DNA of 63,652 nt, filler included, from Deltaproteobacteria bacterium (GTDB lineage: Bacteria; JAEEML01), in NCBI GenBank assembly GCA_016283195.1. It is 6 parts of 6 records of this genome, joined end to end, with 100 filler letters (N's around TTAATTAATTAA, not from the genome) between each part and the next. Parts side by side here need not be neighbours in the genome. Positions count along the whole stretch, not along the records: positions 17,613 to 29,319 come from JAEEML010000099.1; positions 29,420 to 35,915 come from JAEEML010000100.1; 4 more parts are not named here. One strand, given 5' to 3'. The position numbers and the translations under genes were made by a program. The notes under the pieces were generated by a model. It had not been told where the DNA came from and ran no database searches. It saw nothing but the letters and a program-made list of their open reading frames with translations. This document shows positions 19,359 to 29,698 of this stretch, in pieces. Position 1 is the first letter of the stretch; each line of letters starts with the position of its first letter.

Positions 19359-20130
19359 GAGGCTCCTGCTTTGTTGCTTAGCGGTGCTGGCTCTGGCCGC
19401 TTGTCATCCCAGAGTTCGTGGCCCGGTACTTAATCAATCGGTTTCTGATTGCCGCGATTATGATTTTTCCAGAGATAATCTTGATGAGCTGGTAACGCGT
19501 GACGCTTCGGAGTTTGAGCTTACCTGTTTTATCAAAAAAGCCAATCTGGCTGTGCCTAAGCCATATTTACATATTTCCCTGGCTTATTATTATCTGGCAG
19601 ATGCCGAAACCGATGAAGGGCGCCGTTATGCTCTCGCTAAAAAGGGCTACTATAACGGTGATTGGGCAGTAAAAACCGCAGCCGAGGACGGCCGTTCTTA
19701 TTATGCCGCGGCGGTGAATTTGGGCCTCATGATGCAGCAGGACCTTTTGAAAGCTATGGGCAATGTGGGCCATTTAAAAGAAATGCTTGAAAAAGCTATT
19801 GAAATGGTCCCGGTTTTTGATGAGTGCGGAGCTTATCGCGTTTTAGGGCAGCTTTATGTGCGGGCGCCATCTTGGCCGGCCAGTATCGGTGACCCGGATT
19901 TGGCAGTTGAGTTTTTGCAAGAAGCCGTGAAATTAGCTCCCGATAACCCGATAAATCATCTTTTCCTGGTTGAAGCTCTTTGGGAGAGCGAAGGGCAAGA
20001 TGCTGCTGATGAGGCTAAAGAGCATTTTGTGCAGGCCGAGACACTGTTTAAAGAGGAAAAATGGCAGTTTCAGCGCCAGCAATGGGTTGTCCTTATTGAA
20101 AAAATGGCGCGGAAATTAAAAATCCGCTAA
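19342..20130 (+). CDS. TPR lipoprotein, TatT/BstC-like
   Basis: Lipobox LAAC; GAYRVLGQLYVRAPSWPASIGD..LAVEFLQEAVKLAPDNPINHLFL. Confidence 0.75.
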   Translation: MLLPNKRLLLCCLAVLALAACHPRVRGPVLNQSVSDCRDYDFSRDNLDELVTRDASEFELTCFIKKANLAVPKPYLHISLAYYYLADAETDEGRRYALAKKGYYNGDWAVKTAAEDGRSYYAAAVNLGLMMQQDLLKAMGNVGHLKEMLEKAIEMVPVFDECGAYRVLGQLYVRAPSWPASIGDPDLAVEFLQEAVKLAPDNPINHLFLVEALWESEGQDAADEAKEHFVQAETLFKEEKWQFQRQQWVVLIEKMARKLKIR

Positions 20131-20169
20131 TTTAACCTAATTTAGCTTAACTAACCAATTTTAAAGAAT

Positions 20170-21021
20170 TTATGGCCGCCACATGGTGGCGCCGGTGATG
20201 TTTGAGCTGTCGGCGGGCAGAATCTGGCGCAAATAGCTCTTTAAAGGGCGGCCTTTGCGCCAGTCACGCGGGTAACCCAGCGAAACTTCTTCAAAACGCA
20301 CGCCCAGGCGGTAATCGGTGGCGCGCATGTGCATGTGGCCGGAAATAGCAATAGAAATATTGTATCTTTTAATCCAGCTTTCGGTGATTTTTGAGCCGCA
20401 CCAGATAGAATAGCGCGGTATGCGGTAGAGGCGGCAGAGCTCACTTAAAAGTGGGTAGTGGGTGACTACAATTAGTTGTAAATCCGGTGGCAGAGCGCCA
20501 AGCCGTTCCTCAGCTATTTTAAAACGGGCTCTGGCCCAGTTGGGCACTGAGCTAAATGGCGAGGAGAGCAGGTAGTTTTCATCGTTGCTATAGATACGCG
20601 CTTCGTGAGCCCAATCGAGTGCTTTGGCGGCCGGTACATCATTTGGGCGGAATGAGTAATCATAGAGAGTAAAAAGCGGCACTATGCAATAAGTTTGTTC
20701 GGCTATAGTGATTTTGCAAAAAGGATCTTCCGGTGTGATAACCCCATATTCGCGGGCTATTTTGATTAAAGAGGCGTATTTATGCTGACCTTTGCCGTCA
20801 GTTGAGTGCGGCATAGTCCAGAGGTCGTGATTGCCGGGGGTCCAGATGATTTTGGCAAAATGTTTGCTGAGCTCTTGCCAGGCAAAGCGGTGATATTCCA
20901 GCTTCTCGCCAATGTCGCCGGCGACAATCAGCCAGTCGTCGGCAAAATCCGGCAACTCGAGCAGTAGTGCACGGTTTTCTTTATAACTCAAATGTAAATC
21001 ACTGATGGCCCAAACTTTCAC
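20170..21021 (-). CDS. Metallophosphoesterase (calcineurin-like)
   Basis: ISDLH, AGD, PGNHD, THYP, GHMH motifs. Confidence 0.9.
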   Translation of the reverse strand: MKVWAISDLHLSYKENRALLLELPDFADDWLIVAGDIGEKLEYHRFAWQELSKHFAKIIWTPGNHDLWTMPHSTDGKGQHKYASLIKIAREYGVITPEDPFCKITIAEQTYCIVPLFTLYDYSFRPNDVPAAKALDWAHEARIYSNDENYLLSSPFSSVPNWARARFKIAEERLGALPPDLQLIVVTHYPLLSELCRLYRIPRYSIWCGSKITESWIKRYNISIAISGHMHMRATDYRLGVRFEEVSLGYPRDWRKGRPLKSYLRQILPADSSNITGATMWRP

Positions 21022-21662
21022 GGCTCTGTCTCGTAAACAAAAGTCCTACATCTTTTAGCAATGTTTTGCGGGCTTTGTGAAGAGATAAAATGCTCTCCGC
21101 AGCGATAAGTTTGGCAATAAGCCTGTTTTTCGGCTTTTTTATCCTTGGGGCGGGTGAGTTCGTTATCTTTGGGGCAACGTTTTTCGGCTTTTGGACAGGT
21201 AGAAAATGAGCGTTCTTCGGCTTTTAGAGCATAATATTCTTCTACCCAGCGCGGGCAGTGCTTTAAAAGATCATGCAAAATGGCGTGAGTGAGCTCGTGA
21301 GCCAGCAGATTGCTCAGGTTTTCCATCTGATAGAGCTGATCTATTGGCGGCAGGCAAATGATATCCTCTCTGGGCAGGTAACTGCCGCCGCTCGGCCAAA
21401 CGGCGCGGCAACGGCTCAGATACTCATTTTTGCTGGCGCTTAGTTTCACGCGAATCAGTGGGCGGCGCTGTTTAAAGAGCTCGCTTGCTTTGGCGTAAGA
21501 GGCCTCAAGTTGGCGCAAAAGGCGATCGGTCGCTTCCTGGGTGAGAGTATTTGGAGCAGAAAGCTCAAAGTGGTCGGCAGAGTAAAAGACTTCGGCAACG
21601 GCCGGCCTGGTAAAAAGCAGAAGCAGGGCGAAAAGGGTGATAGTTAGCCGCAATAGTTTCAT
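21018..21662 (-). CDS. Secreted protein with HExxH motif (peptidase MA-like)
   Basis: Signal peptide AVA-E; LLAHELTHAIL...PRWVEE. Confidence 0.6.
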   Translation of the reverse strand: MKLLRLTITLFALLLLFTRPAVAEVFYSADHFELSAPNTLTQEATDRLLRQLEASYAKASELFKQRRPLIRVKLSASKNEYLSRCRAVWPSGGSYLPREDIICLPPIDQLYQMENLSNLLAHELTHAILHDLLKHCPRWVEEYYALKAEERSFSTCPKAEKRCPKDNELTRPKDKKAEKQAYCQTYRCGEHFISSQSPQNIAKRCRTFVYETEP

Positions 21663-21856
21663 TTTAGCGGCTTGGCGCTAAAGCCCAAATCGTCCAGTTC
21701 CATAACGGCCTTGGCTACTTGCGCCGGGTTGCCGTTTATGGTGACGGTTTTTTCATCTAAATTTACACTAAAATCCAAAGCGGCGGCGGTGAGGGCTTTG
21801 GTGATGCGCTCAACGCATTTTTGGCAGTGCATATCGGGGACACTTAAAGTTGCCAT
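21659..21856 (-). CDS. copZ: Heavy-metal-associated domain copper chaperone
   Basis: DMHCQKC motif, 65 aa, next to copA. Confidence 0.85.
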   Translation of the reverse strand: MATLSVPDMHCQKCVERITKALTAAALDFSVNLDEKTVTINGNPAQVAKAVMELDDLGFSAKPLK

Positions 21857-21867
21857 GCTAATTCTCC

Positions 21868-24033
21868 TTATAATTTATGCCTTTTTAGCCGTAAGGCATT
21901 GGTTACCACACATAGTGAGCTAAGGCTCATGGCCAAAGCGCCAAACATGGGATTTAGGGGCTCGCCGGTTAAAGGATAAATGAGGCCGGCGGCGAGGGGA
22001 ATGCCGAGAGTGTTGTAGCAAAAAGCCCAAAAGAGATTTTGCTTGATATTTCTGATGGTTAATCTGCTTAGGCGGATGGCGCGCGCCACATCGCTGAGGT
22101 CGTTTTTCATGAGAACTATCTGCGCCGAATCCATGGCAATATCGCTGCCACTGGCCACGGCACAGCCGATATCGGCCTGAGTGAGGGCCGGGGCATCGTT
22201 GACGCCGTCGCCCACCATGAGCACCTTTTCGCCGGCTTCCTGCAAGGCTTTTATATGGGCAGCTTTATTCTGCGGCAAAACCTCGGCAATTACCGTATCT
22301 ATGCCGGCTTCAGCGGCGATGTGCTCGGCGGCTCTCCTGGTGTCGCCGCTTAAGAGGGCAATTTTTAGCCCCATGTTATTAAGAGCGGTGATAGCGGCGG
22401 CGCTGGTTTTTCGCAAAGTGTCGGCTAGCCCCAAAAGGCCGATGAGAGTGCCTTCTTTAGCCACAAAAACCAAGCTGGCGCCCATTTTTTCCAAATCTTG
22501 CGCCGCAGTTTCAAAGGCAGAATAATTTATGGCATATTTTTCCAGCAGGCGGCGATTGCCGGCTAAAATAGTCTGCCCGGCGGTTGTTTCGGCTACTAAA
22601 CCCAGGCCGGGAAAATTTTGGCTCCTGCTTATATTAACTTTAGCGGCGATATTTTTATCTTTAGCGGCGCGGACAATAGCGGCCCCGAGCGGGTGGGTAG
22701 AGAGCTCTTCCACGGCCCGGGCCAGAGCTAGGAGTTCATCTTCGCTGATATCTTTAGCGATGATTTTTATCACTTGCGGCTGGCCGGTGGTGAGGGTGCC
22801 GGTTTTGTCGAAAACCACGGTGCTGATCTCTCGCGTTTTTTCCAGCGCCGCCCCGTTCTTTAATAAAATGCCGTGCTTAGCTCCAATGCCGGTGGCTACG
22901 ACAATGGCTGTCGGGGTGGCGAGGCCCATAGCGCAGGGGCAGGCAATAACTAAAACAGAAGTAAAGATAGTGATAACAAAAGATAAATCTTTGCCGAGCA
23001 TAAACCAAATAGCGGCGGCTATTAGAGCAATGGCCATGACGATTGGCACAAAAACGCCGGCTATTTTATCGGCCAGGCGGGCAATAGGCGCTTTTTTGCT
23101 CTGTGCTTCTTCAACAAAAGCAATGATTTGCGCCAAAGTGGTATCCCTGCCGGCGCGGTTTACTTTAATATGCAAAATGCCGTTAAGATTGATGGTGCCG
23201 CCGATAACCTGGCTACCGGCACTCTTTTCTACCGGCATGCTCTCACCGGTAATAATGGCCTCATCGGCTGAGCTCTCACCTTTGATGACTATGCCGTCGG
23301 CCGGAAGGCGATCGCCGGGGCGCACCAGCACAATATCGCCGACTTTTAAGGCACTGGCTTTAATAGTGTGTTGCTGATTATCTTTTATTAAAATGGCAGA
23401 TTCCGGCGTGAGCTGCATGAGGCCTTTGATGGCCCCTTTGGTTTTGCCTATAGAGCGGCTTTCCAAAAATTTACCCAGCGATACCAGGGCGACAACCATA
23501 GCCGAGGATTCAAAATAATAGAATGTGTCACTAGCCAGGATTAAATTAATAAAGCTATAAATATAGGCAGTTACGCTACTGAGTGCCACCAGCGAATCCA
23601 TATTGGGATTTAGTGTAAAGAGCGCTTTAAAGCCGCCCAGATAGTGGGCGCGGTGGATAATAATGACCATAAAAGCCAGCGCCGCCTGCAAGGGGAGCAG
23701 TTTTCCGCTCATGGAGAGATACATAAGCGGCAGGCAGAGCAAAATGGCGCTTATAACGGCTACTTTCTGCCTCTTTAGGGCGGTGGCGTTATCGTCGTCT
23801 TGCTTTTCCTGGGCTTGCTCGTCAATAAGAGCGGCGCCAAAACCGGCTTTTTCCACTTTGGCAATGATTTGTTCCGGGGCCAGTAGTGCCTCGTTATAGG
23901 TGATGTTTAATGTTTCTGCAATGAGGTTTACTTCGCTCACTTCTACACCGGGGAGTTTGCGTGTAACGCGCTCTACGGCTGCCGAGCAGGCGGCGCAGTG
24001 CATTCCGCTGATGTGATAACGCTCTGATTTCAT
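21868..24033 (-). CDS. copA: Copper-translocating P1B-type ATPase
   Basis: GMHCAAC, TGES, CPC, DKTGT, THP, GDGVND, YN..MSLSS. Confidence 0.95.
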   Translation of the reverse strand: MKSERYHISGMHCAACSAAVERVTRKLPGVEVSEVNLIAETLNITYNEALLAPEQIIAKVEKAGFGAALIDEQAQEKQDDDNATALKRQKVAVISAILLCLPLMYLSMSGKLLPLQAALAFMVIIIHRAHYLGGFKALFTLNPNMDSLVALSSVTAYIYSFINLILASDTFYYFESSAMVVALVSLGKFLESRSIGKTKGAIKGLMQLTPESAILIKDNQQHTIKASALKVGDIVLVRPGDRLPADGIVIKGESSADEAIITGESMPVEKSAGSQVIGGTINLNGILHIKVNRAGRDTTLAQIIAFVEEAQSKKAPIARLADKIAGVFVPIVMAIALIAAAIWFMLGKDLSFVITIFTSVLVIACPCAMGLATPTAIVVATGIGAKHGILLKNGAALEKTREISTVVFDKTGTLTTGQPQVIKIIAKDISEDELLALARAVEELSTHPLGAAIVRAAKDKNIAAKVNISRSQNFPGLGLVAETTAGQTILAGNRRLLEKYAINYSAFETAAQDLEKMGASLVFVAKEGTLIGLLGLADTLRKTSAAAITALNNMGLKIALLSGDTRRAAEHIAAEAGIDTVIAEVLPQNKAAHIKALQEAGEKVLMVGDGVNDAPALTQADIGCAVASGSDIAMDSAQIVLMKNDLSDVARAIRLSRLTIRNIKQNLFWAFCYNTLGIPLAAGLIYPLTGEPLNPMFGALAMSLSSLCVVTNALRLKRHKL

Positions 24034-24074
24034 CAAAGAAAAACCTTGATAGTCAAACAAAATAAGTAAAAAAA

Positions 24075-24151
<77 letters not shown>

Positions 24152-24303
24152 GTCGCACGATTATATAGGGGCAGAACTCCTGCAAAGTCAAGAGGGCAAT
24201 TAATTTTGTGACGACCAATTAATTATTAGACACCTAGGCTGTTTTTTGGAGAAAGTATCGACAGAATAATTATCACACGCTTAGTTAACAAAGATTAGTA
24301 GTA

Positions 24304-25380
24304 TTAATCAAGTTTGCTTATTTCTTTAGCTGCTATTTCCTTTTTAGCATTTTTCCTGGCTGCCTCCAAAGCGGCGTCTTCATCAAGCATTTCTTGCCAT
24401 TTGCCTTCCGGCATAGCCGATACCCATTCCACACGTTTTTTATCCATCACCCCTTCTTCCGGCATAAAGACAAAGAAATAATGAGGCATAAGATAATTCT
24501 GAATGCTGTTTCTCCCCAAACGGAGATAACCAAACTCCGCTCGTTCCAGATAGAGCCCATCCAGTGAAATTTCCCGTTCTTTAAAACGTTCTTTAATCTT
24601 TTCCAAGGCTTCTTCTGGAGAGATAAGTTCTTCTATAGAAATTGTGCCGATTTCTTCAGCATCGCGAATGGTGCTTTCAAAAGAGACAAGATTACCTTCT
24701 AAATCCATGTGAATAGCGATTTTCCCACCGGAACCGATAGTGGGAATACCATCCAAAACGCTGTTGAACGCAATGGCCACCTGATAGGTTGTTTCTTCAT
24801 TATCACCACTAGCTTCATCCAACGAAACATTTTTATAGTGGCGAATTTTATAAGGAGTGAGCTCCGCCGCCGTAAGTTTTTCGCTAAGCCCCAAATCAGC
24901 AAGAATGTTTTGGGCTTTTTCGAGATAAAAATCATCGCCGGGAATTTCTTTAGCCCCTATGCCTTTGTGAAATTTCTGGCGATCTTTATAAAATACTGAG
25001 TGGCTGTTTTCATTGTAGCGAAATACCCGGCCATTTTCTTCTACCTGCCAGCCGTCTTTGAACTTTTTGGGATTGCCGCTGTTTTTCAAAACTTTATTGG
25101 CGGTAATGAGATCATCGTTTTTTAGGCGATACAAAGGAAATACCTTTTTTTCCTGCTGATAAAAGTTTTTATAAAGCTCTTGAGCAGGAAGGTCATAGGT
25201 AAAAGCAGTTTTTTGTAGTGCAGGCTGCTGCAATACCGAAGTTGTTTCCACACTATTCTCGATAGTAGGATCAGGCGGTGGCGTAGGAGCACATTTAGTA
25301 TTTAATCCCTCACACTTATTGCAAGCAGGTAAAAGGAATAATAACCCAAGCAAGCTACTAAATAGTACTTTTTTATACAT
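24304..25380 (-). CDS. Hypothetical lipoprotein
   Basis: Lipobox LPAC, AAGGAG RBS; AT-richer than neighbours. Confidence 0.75.
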   Translation of the reverse strand: MYKKVLFSSLLGLLFLLPACNKCEGLNTKCAPTPPPDPTIENSVETTSVLQQPALQKTAFTYDLPAQELYKNFYQQEKKVFPLYRLKNDDLITANKVLKNSGNPKKFKDGWQVEENGRVFRYNENSHSVFYKDRQKFHKGIGAKEIPGDDFYLEKAQNILADLGLSEKLTAAELTPYKIRHYKNVSLDEASGDNEETTYQVAIAFNSVLDGIPTIGSGGKIAIHMDLEGNLVSFESTIRDAEEIGTISIEELISPEEALEKIKERFKEREISLDGLYLERAEFGYLRLGRNSIQNYLMPHYFFVFMPEEGVMDKKRVEWVSAMPEGKWQEMLDEDAALEAARKNAKKEIAAKEISKLD

Positions 25381-25784
25381 TTTTATCTCCTTTCGCTTGA
25401 ATTTTATAACTTACACCACCAAAATAGCCAATCACACATATGGCGGATGTATAATGGCCAAAAATGGCTTGCTTATAAAAGCAGCTACGCACGTGACAAA
25501 ACCATCATTGCCTTTTTGGCGCCCTGCCATAGCCATTCCTTAAAAAAACTTTAAACTCGTCGCCATCGGCGAAAATATAGCTCAAGTTTATGCTGGGAGA
25601 ATTTGTTGTCAAGGAAAAATAAAACAGTCTTATAAAGAGCGCAATTTACTTATGACGGATTTGTCCGCGAAGCTTTTGAGGCAATATTTTTAGCCAGATA
25701 AGATTATCATTGAAGCTCTTCGTCCATAGGGGTAGAAAGCCCATTTAGCGGCCGCCGCTTTCGGGGGCCATAAATGAGGTTTTT

Positions 25785-28430
25785 ATGTGCGGAGTAATTG
25801 GTTTAGTTTGTGAAAAATATCGTGATGACCTGGGTGAAATTGCCGCTAGTCTTTTAAAAACGCTGGAATATCGCGGATATGACTCCACTGGCGCGGCTAT
25901 TCAGGGGCGCGGCACGCAAAAAGAAGACATTATTTTGCGTAAAGATGTGGGGGCGCCCAGCGAGATGGTGCACAAACTCGGCATTACCGCTCTCGGCGGC
26001 GAGCTCTTTTGCGGCCAGGTGCGCTGGGCCACTTTCGGAGCGGTGACCAGGGAAAATTCCCAGCCGCATCTCGTTGATTGCCACACTTTGCTCTATGGTG
26101 CCCACAACGGCAATGTTACCAACTGTGACACGCTTAAAGAGTGGCTTTTGGGCCAGGGCCATAAGGTACTTTCCGATAACGATGGCGAAATGGTGGTGCA
26201 CACAGTGGAGCACTTTTTTGCCGCCGCGCTGGAAGAACTGGCGGAGGCAAAGCGCTCTCTCGCGGAAGAGCGACGCCGGGCCATGCGCCGGGCCATTTAC
26301 GAAGCCAGCCGGCTACTGGAGGGCTCTTATGCAGCGGTGATTGCCGATCCGCTTACCAAAACCATGTGGGCCATCAAAAAAGGCTCCAGCCTCTACTTTG
26401 GCTTTGGTGGGGAAGGGGCGGAAGGCGCTTTGGCTATTGCCTCTTCCGATCTCTCTTCAATTTTAAAATTAACGCGCATTTTGCTCCCCTTAAAAGAGGG
26501 AGAATTTGTGGAATATACTGCCGGCTATCACAAGCTTTTTGCCATTTTGCCGGGCCCTGATGCCGAAAAAATCCGCGAGATCAAAAGAGATCCGGTGCGT
26601 AGTCGCCTGCGGGCTGCCGATACCGCTTTAAATGCCAAATTCAGCTCTTTTATGGAACAGGAGATAAATTTTGAGGCCCATACCATAAAAAATGTGCTCA
26701 CTATGTTTGCTGGCGGCAGTGAGGCTTCTAAGGTTTTGCACCCCTATATTGCCGAGCTTTTTAATGAGGATAATGAGCGTTTTGCGGCAGCACTTGAGGC
26801 TCTTTTGGATAAATATCAGGATGCCGATATCAAAAAAGCCTTTCATGAGCTTATTGACTTGCCGGTTTTTCAAAAGATTTTGCGCGAGATACCGGAGAAG
26901 CTCAAAAACGAAGGCACCGACTCTACGCCGGAGCAACTGGCCGACCGCCTGGTTTCTTCCGAACAGGGCTTTTTGGCCGATTTACTCTATATGGCTCGTG
27001 ATCGTGATGACCTTTTGGCTGTGCGCCTTTTGGATGTGTACCTGGAGCAGGGCGAAGTGCGCGAATTTTTAGCTAAAGTGCATGATTTTATTGAAATAGT
27101 AAAACATGCTCTTGCCGGTAACAGCTCTATTTATATGGTTTGTTGCGGCACCTCTTACCATGCGGCCAAGGCGGCAGCTCTTTTCTTTAATGAGCTCTCC
27201 GGTGTGGAAATATGCCCCATTTTGCCCGGTGATTTTCGGGCGCAATATGCGCACTCTCTGCGTGATGGCGATATTTTTATTGCCGTGAGCCAGAGCGGCG
27301 AGACCAAAGACCTCATTGATGTTATTAATTCCATCATCGCTTCCGGCAAAGATATCCGGCGCATTGCCGTGGTGAATAATGTCAATTCTACTCTGCCGCA
27401 GGAGAAGTGCGAGCTCACCATTCCTCTCATGTGCGGCCAGGAAATTGCCGTGCCGGCCACCAAGAGCTTTATCAACCAGCTGGCGCTTTTTTATTGCCTG
27501 GCCATGCGTCTTGGGGAAGAGCGCCTCAAGGATATGAATCCCGAATTGCCATTTGCCAGAGATTTGCGCGCCCGGCTGACTACCGAAGAAGAAAAACTGG
27601 CAAAATTGCCGCTACTTATCTCTGAAACCATTGCCTCCACCGAGTCGCAAATAGAATTGGCGGCGCGCCTTCTTTATTTGACGCCCAGTATTCATGTTCT
27701 TGCCACCAGAATATCGGCGGTGGCCATGGAAGGGGCGCTTAAAATCCGCGAAGTGGTTTTGAATCACACTCAAGGCTATGAAACATCGGAATTTAAGCAT
27801 GGTCCCAATACCATTTTGGGCTTTAATACCATTATGGGGCCGCAAAGTGTCAGCCGCTTACTTAGCCATTTGGGGGCCACTTTGGCCGCGCTTATTACCG
27901 AGTGTGGCAAAAAGGATCTCTCTGCCACCGAAGCGGCGCACCTGGTGCAAGCGGCCAGTGATTCTATTTTTGCTCATAATGCAGTGCCGCTGGCCCTGAA
28001 TGCCGAGGAAAGCGCCATTTTTGCCAAAACAGTGAAGCGCAGTGCTCTTATTGATGAGCTAAGAGACGATTACCCGCTGATTTTTATCACCGGCCCGGAT
28101 GAGCTCGATGAAGCGCTCACTATTTCGGCCATCAATACTCACAAAATCCGCGGGGCGCTTACTGTGGTGATAGCCGAAGAAAATCCGGCACTTAGACAGG
28201 CAGCCACCAAGCCGCCGATGGATAATCCGGCCTATAATTCCGTTTACATTCCGCTGCCGCGCACCAACAGCACATTGCAAACTATCTTTTCGGCCACAGT
28301 GGTGATGCAGCTTTTGGCTCTTCGCATGAGTAGCCTTAAGAGCCACTATTTAGATCGCCTGGGCATTAAAGATCACGGAGTGCACCCCGATGTGCCCAAG
28401 AATGTGAGTAAGTCTATTACGGTGGATTAA
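25785..28430 (+). CDS. glmS: Glutamine--fructose-6-phosphate aminotransferase, long form
   Basis: MCG catalytic Cys, LEYRGYDS, RWATFG, HNG, CGTSYHA, SQSGET, VPATKSF, EGALKIRE, FKHGP, P.NVSKSITVD. Confidence 0.92.
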   Translation: MCGVIGLVCEKYRDDLGEIAASLLKTLEYRGYDSTGAAIQGRGTQKEDIILRKDVGAPSEMVHKLGITALGGELFCGQVRWATFGAVTRENSQPHLVDCHTLLYGAHNGNVTNCDTLKEWLLGQGHKVLSDNDGEMVVHTVEHFFAAALEELAEAKRSLAEERRRAMRRAIYEASRLLEGSYAAVIADPLTKTMWAIKKGSSLYFGFGGEGAEGALAIASSDLSSILKLTRILLPLKEGEFVEYTAGYHKLFAILPGPDAEKIREIKRDPVRSRLRAADTALNAKFSSFMEQEINFEAHTIKNVLTMFAGGSEASKVLHPYIAELFNEDNERFAAALEALLDKYQDADIKKAFHELIDLPVFQKILREIPEKLKNEGTDSTPEQLADRLVSSEQGFLADLLYMARDRDDLLAVRLLDVYLEQGEVREFLAKVHDFIEIVKHALAGNSSIYMVCCGTSYHAAKAAALFFNELSGVEICPILPGDFRAQYAHSLRDGDIFIAVSQSGETKDLIDVINSIIASGKDIRRIAVVNNVNSTLPQEKCELTIPLMCGQEIAVPATKSFINQLALFYCLAMRLGEERLKDMNPELPFARDLRARLTTEEEKLAKLPLLISETIASTESQIELAARLLYLTPSIHVLATRISAVAMEGALKIREVVLNHTQGYETSEFKHGPNTILGFNTIMGPQSVSRLLSHLGATLAALITECGKKDLSATEAAHLVQAASDSIFAHNAVPLALNAEESAIFAKTVKRSALIDELRDDYPLIFITGPDELDEALTISAINTHKIRGALTVVIAEENPALRQAATKPPMDNPAYNSVYIPLPRTNSTLQTIFSATVVMQLLALRMSSLKSHYLDRLGIKDHGVHPDVPKNVSKSITVD

Positions 28431-28616
28431 AATCACTCTTTCCATTTTGCCATACATTCCTATATTAGCTGGTTCAAAGTAGGTGGCGTTTTTCATTATG
28501 CAAGGCAAAAACGCCTTGCATAATGCGCCATACCGGCTCAATATTGCCGGGAGCACAAGCGTGCGTGGGTGGTAATAAATACTCATAAACTGAGCCACCA
28601 GCATCGGGATGATGAG

Positions 28617-28790
28617 ATGAAAACAGAAGTTGTGTTATTTTCTGCCGTGGATATTGAGCTGGAAGTACCCATTTCACCGGAGCAGGATACAGTGTGGTTA
28701 AACAGAGCGCAAATGGCCGAGTTGTTTGACCGCGATATAAAGACAATAGGCAAGCATATTGCTAATAAATATGCCCCTCTCTATTTGTAA
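28617..28790 (+). pseudogene. RhuM-family N-terminal fragment
   Basis: DTVWLNRAQMAELFDRDIKTIGKHIAN matches 30681 gene N-terminus (DTVWLSLDQMAELFQRDKSTISRHIKN), then stops inside a repeat. Confidence 0.75.
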
Positions 28791-28843
28791 AAATGGAGAG
28801 GGGGTGAGAAGTCAATAATTTCCGATACTTGTCTGGGTGAGGG
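28773..28843. repeat. Palindromic REP-like dispersed repeat, copy B
   Basis: cccctctctattt-gtaa-aaatggagagggg stem followed by ...gggtgaggg; inverse of 16819-16884. Confidence 0.7.
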
Positions 28844-28871
28844 AAAATGGAGAGCGAGGCTCTAAGCTCGG

Positions 28872-29319
28872 TTACTCACCAATAACCATGCACTCCACCC
28901 GGTTGCCCTCTTCATTATCAATCACGCTATAGCAGAGCTCTTCGGGGCGGGCATCCGCAGCGGGGATATAAGTGAGGCTTTGAATAGTGGCTGGTATAGT
29001 AACTTCGCTCAATATTTTTACTTGCGGGCGATTTCCCGCATTGGGGGCACATAGCGGTATCTTGCTTCCATTCGTATCTTTAAAAGATATCTTCATTAGC
29101 CCACCTTCTGTACGGCCATTATATTTATCAAAATAAGATATATAAAGAACATCTTGGCCGTTAGTGGCTATACCAGTAATATTGTGGCTAAACTTCTGTA
29201 TATTTTCATCGCAATTGATGTTCCAAATAATATTATTTTCGTCAGCGGTGTCTAAATAATTGTTACACCAATCAAACAGCTTAAAGCCTTCATCTTCCTC
29301 CATAGCGGCAGAAAAATTG
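28872..29319 (-). CDS. Hypothetical protein, 5'-truncated by contig end
   Basis: Open frame runs into the gap. Confidence 0.6.
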
Positions 29320-29419
29320 NNNNNNNNNNNNNNNNNNNNNNNNNNNNNNNNNNNNNNNNNNNNTTAATTAATTAANNNNNNNNNNNNNNNNNNNNNNNNN
29401 NNNNNNNNNNNNNNNNNNN
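29320..29419. other. Assembly contig linker
   Basis: N-run + TTAATTAATTAA. Confidence 0.98.
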
Positions 29420-29504
29420 CGCGCACGATGCGGTTCATCTCGCGCTGCATAGCTGCCAGTTCATCGAAAATCGAACCACGCATTAATGAAGACCTGAGAC
29501 TCAT
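29420..29504 (-). CDS. Probable Hsp20 family protein, N-terminus only
   Basis: AGGAGG RBS; MSLRSSLMRGSIFDELAAMQREMNRI resembles the sHSP N-terminal 'F.EL..MQREM.R' segment. Confidence 0.55.
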
Positions 29505-29698
29505 AACATACCTCCTATTTTCGTGACCCGGCACCCGCCGGATCTTCCAATCACGCCTTTGAAGTAAGCGCGAAAAAAAGGCTGTCAAGAGGTTTTTTGA
29601 GAAAAAGTTGCAATTTATATTAGCGCTTTTTTCTTGCTGACAAAGCGCGGCCTAGCGGCTAGGATTAAGCCGCCTCTTTGGCATATTGGGAGTAGGCT

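Noticed and set aside
22529-23377. Long antisense ORFs (e.g. 22529-23377, 46033-46710, 57681-58403, 9114-9755)
   Set aside because: Shadow frames of well-supported genes on the opposite strand
25560-25784. glmS ribozyme upstream of glmS
   Set aside because: Conserved ribozyme core not recognisable
28430-28620. Tn7 insertion at the glmS att site
   Set aside because: No TGT-terminal end with repeated TnsB sites and no tns genes seen
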